In this document: one piece after another, positions 12,336-25,046 of the stretch
How the letters are laid out: each line of letters starts with the position of its first letter
Position numbering within the stretch: the first letter of the stretch is position 1
Origin: Eledone cirrhosa
Taxonomy: Eukaryota
Reading direction: 5' to 3'
DNA: 64,000 nucleotides
Assembly (NCBI GenBank): GCA_964016885.1
Contig: OZ024740.1
Location: forward strand, 339,884,001 to 339,948,000
Program-made: the position numbers and the translations under genes
The notes under the pieces: model-generated
Told to the model about the DNA's origin: nothing
Seen by the model: the letters and a program-made list of their open reading frames with translations, nothing else
Databases searched by the model: none

Positions 12336-14157
12336 CAAGGACGATTTGTTAATTGATTGGATGTTTATTGATTGGTGGTGCACGTTTTGCTATTGATCAG
12401 CTCAAGGTTCAATCTGTATCGATCTGGCCCGACTCTGGAATCAAAAGCTCATCGGACCTCTACTGTTGTAATATATATATATATCGTTGGTGTTGCACCT
12501 CTGTCATTTCCAAAGACGAGTGCTCCAGTTGATGCAATCAACAGAACAACCAGATTGTGCAAGTGACTATGCATTCCATAGACACATGGATCCTTAATGT
12601 AGTTCTCAGGAAGATCCAACTTGATTAAGTGGGTCACATGGTTGATCCCTTGAATTACAGGTACAAATCATTTTGGCAGCTGAGTAAACAAAAGCAAGGT
12701 GAAATAAAGTGCTATGCTCAAGGACATGATGCACCACTCTGTCTAGAAATTAAACTCATGACCCTACAATGATGAGCCCAGAACCCTAAACACTATGTCA
12801 TATATAAATGGCAAATATTTTTTATAAATACAGAACTTAATACAAAAATATAGAGGCTAATAACTTCATTCAAATGTGCGTGATTAACTATTGATTACAT
12901 TACAGTGATCCAATAAACAGTGAAACTGGCAGTCATAATGCAATAGATGGTTAATAGAATATTTGGGTGTGGGGAGAGATTTACTTGGATATGATGTGTA
13001 CATGGAATAGTTGTTAGAATATCAGACAGTATTTGTTCCTGCTCTCTGCACTCAAAATTCAAATCCTGCTACGGTCGATAAATAAGTACCATACTAGTAC
13101 TGGGGTCAATTCTTCCTCTATATGTCTTTCTCTGAAGAAAATTAACTCTTTTAAGACCTGGAGAGGACTGGGTTTTGCCAAGTATAAATGTCATGACTCC
13201 ATCTAAAGTTCAGGGCCTATGTTTTGGCATGGTAGTGTGTGTGTGTGTAAATATGTATATATATATTTACACACACACACACAGACATATATATGTAGTT
13301 CAGAACTAGCTGTCGAAACGGCCGGAGCTCAGCTATTGGGGTCTGAATCTTTTCATATATATATATATGGTGGCTGCCAACTCGTTTTCGAGTACAGCCA
13401 CTACTTTATATCCATGTAGGAGAACCCCTACCGATGCGCTGAACGAGTGTGACATTTTAGTCCATCCAGCGACTTGAAAACTCTGGTACAAACACTACAC
13501 TTATGACAATTATTGACACATAGTGCTGGGCCCATGGTACCATGTGACGACAAGTGCAGAGAGATCTCCAGATATAAAGCAATGCCTGTGCCGTGAAGCT
13601 TTTATAGTGAAAAAAGGCATTGCACAAAGCCAGTCCCACTCTCTTAACCAAGATGATATTTACCAAAAAGAAGAACAAGTCAACATCATTGGATACCATC
13701 AGATTTGCAGGTGTTATATCAGAGTTTTCCTTCTCCTAGAATCCTGCCTTGACAAAGGCTAAGGGGTTATCTCTCCCGGTGATTTTGGATGGCCATTGAC
13801 TCTTAAGAGCTCCTTTGCCCTTTGACAGGTTTTGTTTTTAGTCCTGCAGGATGTCCAAAGTCACCCTCCTCACCAAGAAACCTTGGTGGGGTTGCCAGTT
13901 TAGTCGCCAACGACCCGACCATGGGACAGGTTGTACTGGGATACATGTTATACATATATATATATATGCACACACACACACTACCATGCTAATACATAGA
14001 CCCTGATATACAAACTTGTACTTACTAAATACAAGTGCTGTAAAATCATGGAGCGAGTGGAAATTCAGCGTGCATAGACAAATTCAATTTATCTGGTTTG
14101 ATAAATTTATATCATCATCATCATTATTTAACATCCATCTTCCATGCCGGCACACAC

Positions 14158-14191
<34 letters not shown>

Positions 14192-17100
14192 TGCAGCCGA
14201 AACACCGCTCTGACCTAGGTACAGAGTCTGTCACCCTCTCCCCTTCCACTTTTCTTGTTTCCTTTGTCTAGTAGTCCTTGCTCTTCCCCTCTTTTTCCTC
14301 TCATTTATACCATTTGTAGTCCTTTCCAATGATGCTCTCTTTTTCTGTATGTTTATATAACTCTACTACGAAATAAAATTTGTAGAATAGCCATTAAATC
14401 TTCCTTCATTGAAATACTGAGAAACACATTAAATCTCAGTTTGTCATTGATGTTTCAAAATAATTATTCTGCTATATATATATAATATATATGTGTGTGT
14501 GTTTGAATATATATATATATATCATGCTGAGCAATAAAAATAAAACACAGTATTCTGGTTGATTAATCCATTGTTTCACAATCGTTTCAGAGGGTAAAAA
14601 TATAATTTACTGATGTATAGACTAATCAATAGCAGTTATGCAACTCAATACTGTTAGCCTCGAAAAAGCACATATGTTCTGCCGTCTATCCTCAGAAACA
14701 ATGGTTTGGGAATGTTATTCAATAGATACAAACAGCACTGATGTAATTGGGTAGAACATTGTGTTTGTGTCTGTATACATGTGTGTGAATATAATGTGTG
14801 TGTGTGTGTGTGTGATATGATATGATATAGTATATGATATTATTTACATCCATGTGATATTTCAGAGCCTGATGCAACATGTGATAATGCCGCTTGCTCC
14901 GATGAATGTATTCGTACTCCAGTTGACTATTCTTCTGAACGATTTCATTGCTCATGTCCTGATACATACAACCTGGTATTATCATCAGACAAGGCTATTT
15001 GTAAAGGTAACCACATTTCTTTTCTTCAAACATTAACATTAATTTGTTAACACTTCATGATAGGTTTTATAATTTAAAAAAATTTAAACTTTTAAGATAT
15101 AATTAATTTATTTAATTAAATTAGAATTTATTGCCAACCTTTGCCAGCTTCTATAAACATCTTGTCTTTGGAAGTTTATGTAACAACCTTTATAAAGTTA
15201 TGCTCCAAACATCAGTTTAATAAGAAGGAAGTTAGTTATATTACTAAATCCTTCTGAATTCTTGATTATTTTCAAAATTATTTGAAAATCGTAGGCACTG
15301 TTTTTCATTAGAAATATGGTGACAAAAGGGCTAATAACTTCTTTCTCTTTTATCTATATTTTGATAATTTCTGCTTTTACCACGAAACAATCAATATCTT
15401 AATTATAAATTGTTATTACTGTTGTTGTTGTTGCTGTGTGTGTTTGTGTGAGTGTGCATGTATGTGTATGTGTGTGTGAGTGTCACCCACTTCAAACTAC
15501 TAACTTAATGTCTCAATGCAACTCATAATTGGTGTTTTAATATTTATTCACTTTCATTAATGCTTTTATTTCAGAACCACAAAATTTCTTAATAGTGGCA
15601 GATCTAAATACACTAAAGCTAAAGGCTCTGGATGACCAACTTGATTCCAAAGTACATATAATTCACTATGGTCGTGCGGACAGCAGCTATGTTGCATTGG
15701 ATTACAATGATTTAGATAAAACCCTTTTTTGGAGTGACCTTCATGAAGGACAGTATGTTAACTTTTTTAGCTTCATTTTATACCTTTTTGTTTCTTTTTC
15801 AATAACAACATATCTTAAAATGTACACAAATAATTCCCCTCATCATCATTTCATGTCCTTCTTCTTTCCAAGCTGGCATGGGTTGGACAGGTCATCCAAG
15901 TCAGTTTTTATTTAGAGCTGTTTCTCCCCTAGGCAGATTGGAGGAAGATGCTGTACTCATACATTCTAGTTTTGGCATGGGTTTTATAACTGGATGCCTT
16001 TTCTAACAATAACAACTTTGCAGAATGTAATGGGTACATTTTATCATGGTATCAACACTAGAGAGATTGCCTTGTCCTCAGATGTACTAAAAGGTCCCCT
16101 CAACTATGATGTTACTGTTTAATTGTCAACTAGTTTACAGAGTGTACTGCATGTATGTTAACATGCCTCCAACACTAGAGAAGCTGCTTTGTCCTTGGCA
16201 AGACTAAAGAGTCTACTCTATTCTACATTGCTTCCATTCATATGTATGAGTGAATCTGGTGTTTGTGTGAGTGTGAGCCTGTATTTGTGCTTATTTTACA
16301 GTTTACATCCTGTAACTTGGTCCATTAATTGACTGTCATATACCCTATGAAAGGGTATAGTGTGATGGATTATAAAAGAATACAGAATGAGAGATAGTGT
16401 TATGTAACTGACAGATACAGCCTTTTTTGTAAAATGTGAAAACAAAAATTTGGCTACAAAATCCTTTTTTTGTGCATGCACTTTTAACTTATAAAAACAA
16501 CTTCTTAGAAACAATGCCATGATATCATAGTTGTCACAGATGGACCAACTTGACAAACAATATAATATAGATTATTATTATGAAAGGGCAGTATAAAATA
16601 AAGCACCAGTAATGCACTGGGATCAATTTTGTCAACTCATCCCACCACCACCAAAAAAAATTGTTGGCCTTGTGCCCAAATCAGAAACCATTATTAAAGG
16701 ACAGTGGATTGACAATATTGGTAAAGTGTCAGACAACATGCTTTGTGGCATAGAGTTATGGTCCTTTATACTCTGTGTTCAAATCCTGCCATGGTTAGCT
16801 TTGCCTTTCATCCCTACAGGGTCGATAAAATAAAGTACCAGTCATGCACTGAGATCGATTTAATCAACTTTCCCCTCCCCAAAAATTGTTGACCTTGTAC
16901 CTAAATCAGAAGCTATTATTATTATTATCATTGTTATTTTCATCATAATCACCATCACCACTAACTAATCAAATCCATGCCACATTGAAAGCAGAAGTAA
17001 AATGATGAATTTTATTATTGTTCTTAATTGAATTCAATGTTAGATAACTTTGTTTGTTTTAGTCTCTTGTCTTTACCATGTTTTCCCCATTTTATGTGTT

Positions 17101-20100
17101 CTCATTGTTTAACATGTCTTCTATAATTAAATCTTGTTACAGACAAGCCATCATGTATTCACATTTAGAAAAGACTGAACCAAAAGTTCTGGTGAAAGTC
17201 AACCATTCCATTGACTGCCTGGCTCTTGATAAAAAGCACCAGAAACTTTACTGGACTGGCTATAATAATATCACAGGTTTTGTTGCTGAAATCAACCTTA
17301 AACACCCAAATAAGCCTTACAAACAATTGCTGGTCAACTTAGATTCACCCAGAGCTGTCACCATCCATTCAGATAAAAAGTAAATTTAATATTTTATTTA
17401 TTTTCAAAACCATTATTTTATTGATGTTTATTAATTTCAATGTACAGTGGAAGCTGCTTATTATAATCAAAGATAATATTATCAAACGGTTATTGTTATC
17501 AAAATCGGTGGGCTTGAAACACACTCAAAATACCATTATATCCTCTGCTTAACCCTTTAACATTTACATTACTCTATATTTACTATTATATTTTCATGGT
17601 AAAGGCTTTATCTCACATAATTATTTCACAGAATATCGAATCTATGAGATTTTGATATTATTTATGTTGAGAATAATACCCTAACATCAGTATAAGCGAC
17701 TGGTTACAGCTGGTTTAAACAGAAAGAGGTGAGAAGAATTATGGCCTGATACAGCCAGTTTAAATGCTAATTTAATGGGTTAATGTTATCAGTTTCCCAA
17801 AGTGATCAAAATAGGCAGCTTCCAATGTATTATGAAGAATTTATTTCCAAGTCGACAGTGAGATTCTATTCATTGAATGTGTGATGTCTGAAGAATTTTA
17901 AACTCCAACACAACTACACATACACCCCTTCAAGTTTAGAGTTTTCATATAAACAATGTTAAGTGGTACAAATTTGTAAACAAACCAATAAAAAAAATAT
18001 AGCAAACATTTCAAAAGAGCTTGAACTTACCATCTTTATATGCATGTCTTTTTTTATGTTTAAAAGCTAAAGAAATCTATTGTTGCCAAATTCTCACCTT
18101 TACCATGAAGTAATATTCCAATAAAACGTTTATTCTGAAAGTGGAACTGAAATAAAACTAAGCTAACTATAAGCCTAAGTGTTCCAAGAGTATGAGCTCA
18201 CATGGTGCATCAATACAATCCTAAATAAACTAATAACCCTTACTGGCCTTCACAGTTCAATATTAATATTTTTGCCTTTTTGTTTTCCTTATGATTTAAT
18301 ATAAATGGTAAATAAAAATGCAAACCTAAAATAAAAATGAATCTAATATCATCTCATAGTTTAACTAAAATGAAATAAAATTATAATTCAAATTTAAATA
18401 ATTTTATGATTTATCTTTAGCTGGCCACTTATTTTCTGTCCCTGGAGATATTTTACCCAATTTTCTAATGCTATTATTATTGTAACAAATCTGTTTGGAT
18501 TTCTAATCCAAATATTTCTATGATAATTTTCAATCATCGAAACGTCTTGATAAATCGTGAGATAGTTTACCTTCAGCTCTAGCTGCTAAAATTATCATAT
18601 ATAGTTCCTAATTTGGACAGAAACTGTTGTCAACTGCCATTTGGTGTAAAGGTTAACACATTTGGCCAGAGTTTAAAAGATACAGAGTTCAATTTTCTGT
18701 AGTGGCTACTGGTCACATATTTTCTGTCTGTCAGAGTATTCATCTGATTTTCTACGGTAGAGAGTCGGACAACATGCTTTCCAGCATAGTTACGTCCCTT
18801 TACGATCTGAGTTCAAATCCCGCCGATGTTGACTTTGTCTTTCATCCTTACGGTGTCGATAAAAAAAAGTACCAGTAATGCACTGGATAATTGCTGGCCT
18901 TGTGCCTAAAGTAGAAACAGTTATTATCATAGCAGTGAAAAAGAGTGGTAGATTGGCAGTATCAGTAGAGCGTCGGACACCATGCTTTGTAGCATAGAGT
19001 TATGGCACTTTACATTCTGAGTTCAAACCCTGCCGAGGTTAGCTTTGCCTTTCATCCTTACAGGGTCGATAAAATAAAGCACCAGTAATGCACTGGAGTC
19101 GATTTAATTGACTTTCCCCTCTCCCAAAATTGCTGGCTTTGTGCCTAAAGTAGAAACAATTATCATGAATCTGTGTTTGGGTTTCAACATTTTTAATTTT
19201 AAATAATTTTCTCTTTTTTTTTAAACTTTAGCATCATATTTTGGAGTGAATATGGACTGAAATCTGGAAAAGCTGGTGTTTACCGATGCCACACAAACTG
19301 CCATCGACATAAAACAGTAATGGCAGAAAAACTACAGTGGCCCAACAGCCTGGTTATCCACAGAAACGAATTGTATGTTGCCGATGGTTTTCATGGACGT
19401 ATTTATGTCATGGATTTCAAAGGTCAGTTTACATTTACCAAATTTTTCTCATGATTAGAATAAAGTTATGAGAGTGAGCTCTCTTGAATTTGTTATATCT
19501 TTGTTGTACAGTACTTTCCTTATGTTTTTGTTCCAGCCAGGGAACTCACATTCTTGTTATTACTTAGTCAAAAGGAAATGCCTATTACACTTTTTGGAAC
19601 CTTCATGGGTGGTGGGACAAAGGACAATATCGTCAAACTGAAGACCTGACCTGAATGCTTGCAACAGAGTGGGCTATACTAAAGGGATCTAAGAGCCAAG
19701 TAGGGGGTGTTAAACCAGGTGATGGGCTAAGTCTACTACATCAGTAGGCCATGGCTGGATTTGAATTTCAGAATGCAAAGAAGTGAACAAAAAGTATAAG
19801 GAAGCTTGTCTGATGCTCTAACAGTTCCACCAGTCTACTGCCGGAGACTTCTACTTTATTTATTAACTCTGGAAGGAAGAAAAGCAAAGTTGATCTCCGG
19901 GGATTTGAACTCAGAACACAAGGAGCCAGAACTGGCTGTAGGATCTCTCTTATTTAATCTAAAGATGGGATGAAGGGTAGTGCCTGAACCCTACTTTTGC
20001 TTTCTTAGATGCAGAGCCAAGTTAGTGCAGGGTATCCCATCCTTTAACAATTCCACCATCCTTCATCTGGTACTATATTTATCAACCCTGAATCGATGAA

Positions 20101-23100
20101 AGACAAAGTTAACCTTAGCAGGATTTGAACTCAGAGCACAATGATCTAGAACAAATAAAAAAAAAAGGGTAAAGACCCTCCTTCGGTCATGAATGACCAT
20201 GGAATTTGCACCTAGAAAGTTCCCCCTCCGAGGCACAAGTCTGGGCAAGATTGTTGTGGAATACCAGCAGTCGCCCATGCATACCAGTCTCCTCTCTCAT
20301 GCCACCAATGTTGTCCAAGGGAAAGGCAATGGCCAATACAGCTTGGCACCTGCGACGTTGCAACTCATTTCTACAGCTGAGTAAACTGGAACAGCATGAA
20401 ATAAAGCTCAAGGACAGAATGCATCACTTGGTCCAAAAATCAAACTCATAAACTCCACATTGCAGTCCCAATCCCCCTAAGCCATGCACCTTCACTCCAG
20501 AAAAAATACCAAAGCATTTAATCCAACCCCAAATGACGCTGCCAATTTGCCACCTTTTGAATGCATGGTTAGCTATCTATCAATGTTTATGTATATGTCA
20601 AGCATGTTTGTTAGAGTAATTGTTTGTCTCTCTCTATTTATGTGTGTACATCATCAATGATGATGATGATAATGGTGGTGGTGGTGGTGGTGGTGGTGGT
20701 GGTAGTGTATATTATCAATGTTAACAAACAAAAACTGTTAACTTTACTCTTCATTTATCCTTTATTGCACTGTTTGCATCCTGGTCACCAATACAATGCC
20801 AGGGACTGGATCACAAACAGTATGATGGAAATTTTGACACCAAGAAACAAATGATACATATCAAGTGAAATTAACAGTTTTTGTGCGTCTTGAAAGGGTA
20901 AAATGGCTATTTCGCAATGTAATTGCTTTAGTTTTAATATACTGTCTCAGATAAAGTCATTTTCCAGACAAGTACAACTCTAAAAAGTAGAAATTTAAAG
21001 ATTAAAGGTACGTAACAAGTTATCTTGGGAATTGGAAATGTCATGGACAATATTAATGATCAATATTAACGACCATCTTAAACTGTTCTCTGACACACTA
21101 TCGTCCAATGCTAATTACTCTACTTGAAATATACATTTGTTTGATGTTAGATGTAGCATAGAAATAATGGTTTCTAATTTAAGCATAAGGCCAGAAATTT
21201 AGGGAAAGTGGGGAAAATTGATTAAATAGATCTCATTACTTGATTAATAGGTTCTCTGGGTTCCCAAATAATAGGGGTTGTGGTGGAAAATCGGTAATTT
21301 TTCTAGATTGTCACTATTGATTTTTTAAAAATTAGTCATTTAGTTTACATATTGAGATCCCAACCCATCCTATTTATTTTTATAACATGAGATTTCTAAT
21401 AATGCACTTTTTTGTCATGTATAATGTTTTTTTAATGTCTAAAGAAGAATTAATTGTCACGGGAATGCGACCACTTAAAATAAAATTTCGCCGGAGATAG
21501 ATTAGCAAAATAGGATAAGCAGGAGATGGGGGGTGGAATAAAAGCAGGGGAGGATCTGAAAAATTAATTAGCGGGGGGAGGGGGTTTATTCGAGACCCAA
21601 GACTACTTCATTTTATTGACCCAGAAAGAATGTAAAACAAAGTTGACCACAGAAGGATTTGAACTCAGAACAAATACTGCAAATCATTTTATCCGAATCT
21701 CTAATGATTTTGCCAATACCTTTGTGCAGAATAGCAATAGCAATAAGTAAATAAACAATAAAATAATTATTAATAATAATACTATTTATAGATTAATAAT
21801 AATAATGATTCACAATTATAATGATTACTATATTATTATTATTATTAAAATTTGTTTTACAGAAATTTTATTTTATCAAAAATCTATCACGAGAAAAGAA
21901 TTAATTCTCTTTAAAATAATCCCCATTTAAAGTTTTAATTTTATCCACTTTAAAAATATACAACTGAAGAGTTTAATCAATATTTTAAATATTACAATGT
22001 TTATTTCATATATATATTTGTCCATTTTAAATCTTCCTCAGATTCCAACTCACACAGTAATATTACACAGATAGCTACTGTTGCTACAGACTTATACATC
22101 ACTATCATCATTATCATACTCATCACTACTACCATCACTACTACCACCATTTTCTCCATCTTCATCATCATTGATGAAGCTGGTAATAGACCCAGGCTTG
22201 ATGTGAAATTAAGTATTTTAACAATCAATGCTAAATACAAATCTGTGTTTGGATTACAGGCATATATGAGGGTCAGCTGAAAAGTTCATGGGCTGACCAA
22301 GATACTCTTATGGAATGTGACCAAATGAGGTTTTGTACTTGTAGTGTACATAATTTACTTACAGCTACTAAGTAGAATAAAAGAACTAAAACTTAGGGTG
22401 AGGAGGCTCCCCTCGAAATTGTTAGTTGATATCAACTAACCCACCTATGTGTGTTCCCATCTGATCTGGCTTGATTGAAAAATCTTTACCATTCTGAAGT
22501 AAAATCCTTTTCCAAAGGTTAGCAGCTGAGCTGAACTTCCCAAACTACAACTATTAGTTATTTACTACTCTCCTGACAAGATTATAGAAAAGATGTTATA
22601 TTGTATACTTTTCAATGTAGTTTGCATATTGGATGGTAGTTGTGTAAGCTTTAAGGGAGGTGCTATTCAAATAGTATAATATTACCTCTGTTAGCAACAA
22701 AAGGATTCTTTCTCCAAGGAAAAAAAAGGTTACATGATGCTTGTTTACATAATGTAATGCTATATGGTAGTGAGAGATGGGCATAGAAAATAGAATATAT
22801 GCAGAAAGAAATGAAGCAAGCATGTTCTACTGGATGTGTAGCATTAGTGTGCATGAATAATGAAGCACAGAGGCAGTGAGAGAAAGCTGGGTATTAGAGA
22901 ATCTTATGTGGTGTGCAGAAGAGAAAATTGTGTTGCTATGGCCACATAGTGTATATGGATGATGACATTTGGGTAAATAAATACCAAGAGTTCCAAATGG
23001 AAGGAAGACACAGAAGAGTAAGGCCAAGGAAAACATGGGCAGATGATATAAATTACCAGTCAAGAAATAGGGCTAATTTAATCAACTTTGCCTTTCCTGC

Positions 23101-25009
23101 AAATTTTCTGGCCTTGTGCTTAAATTAAAAATCATAATTATTTTCCTCTCTCAGTGCTGGTGGATTGGCAGTATCAGTAGAGCATCAGAGACCATGCTTT
23201 GTAGCATAGAGTTATGGCCCTTTACGTTCTGAGTTCAAATCCTGCTGAAGTTAGCTTTGCCTTTCATCCTGACGGGGTCAATAAAATAAAGCACCAGTAA
23301 TGCACTGGGCTAATTGCTGGCCTTGTGCCAAAAGTAGAAACAATTATTATTTCCCTCGCTTTACTCAGCATTTTGTTGTTGTTCTACTGATATTTGGACT
23401 GGTAGATATCAAGCTGTTTCCTGCAGCCTTAGTTATCTAGCACCTTTCAGATATATTTTGCTGTGCCAAGTAAACAAGCCTTCTGTGGAGTTAGAAAATT
23501 CACCTCTGTATCCCACATTTTCAACCATTTAAACTTGTAGCTACTGTTATTATGATATCATTATTATAGTTGCTGTTGTTATTAGATTATTAGAATAAAT
23601 AAAGCTTCATCATCATAGGTGCAGGCATGGCTTTGTGGTTTCACAGCCACAGGGATTTTGGCTCAGTCACACTGCATGATAGGGGCCTTTAGCAAGTGTT
23701 TTTAATTAGAGCCTTCAGTTTATCAATGCTTTGTGAGTGAAATGTAGTAGATAAAAATTGATTTGAAAAGATAACGGATGTTAAATGATGATGATGACAA
23801 TGATATATATATATATCATCATCACCGTTTTACGTCCATTCTTGTACGCTAGCATAGGTTACTATATATATATATATATATATATATAGTAACCTATGCT
23901 AAAGATGTAGTGGGATCACAGGTAAGCTAACTAAGAACATAGATTTTACATGTGGCCGGTGTTCTGGTGCAATAAGTAGCAGCAAGTGCCCACAAAATAC
24001 TAGCTCTTTCAATTGCGCAGAGGGTTCTATAGAAATAGTGGACAGCTTCCGTTACCTGGGCGATAAAATCAGCAGTGGGGGAGGGTGCTCTGAAAGTACT
24101 GTAGCTAGAGTCAGAACTGGTTGGAAAAAGTTCAGAGAGCTTATACCACTATTAGCTGCTAAAGGGTTCTCCCTAAAAATGAAAGGCAGGTTGTACGATG
24201 CCTGCATACGAACAGCAATGCTGCATGGCAGTGAGACCTGGGCATTGTGTGCAGAGGATATACGCAGACTAGAGAGGAACGAAGCTTGCATGCTCCGCTG
24301 GATGTGTAACAGTAATATACGTGAACGGCAAAGCATAAACGAACTAAGGAAAAAATTAGAGATAAGAGGGATCAGATGTTGTTTACTCGAGAGAAGGCTA
24401 CGTTGGTATGGACACGTGATGCGCATGAAAGTCGATAGCTGTATAACAAAGTGCAGGGCAATAAAGATAGACGGTAGTCACGGAATAGGCAGACCTAGAA
24501 AAACCTGGGACGAGCTGATAAACTCCGACATCACACACTTACACCTCTCCAAGACAATGTCACTGGACCGAGACCTTTGGCGGTACTCAGTAACAGAGAA
24601 GACCCGCCTTACCTAAATATATAGTAAAACCTACTCCAGCCAGTAGGCATCTCTAACAAAATACACCCCGTCCCACCACCACCACCCCCACCCATCCACA
24701 CCACCCCGTTCTATGTAAAGTTATGTTGGTGCCGCGCCATCGAGGCCGAAACAAATGAGATCGTGTAGGTGTCACGACAAAAAAACACACAGTCCACGCT
24801 GTAATGTGGCCGTGTAGGCAACATGGTAAAAACCTCCCAGACCCACACTGTAAATGTGGTTGGTGTTAGGAAGGGCATCCAACTGTAGAAAACCTGCCAG
24901 ACAGTCCTATGCGAGCAAGACAATCACTCTTGCCTCAAGTGGGACTACCCCCGTCCAAACCCATGCAAGCGTGGAACACGGACGTTAAACGTTGATGATG
25001 ATGATGATG

Positions 25010-25046
<37 letters not shown>

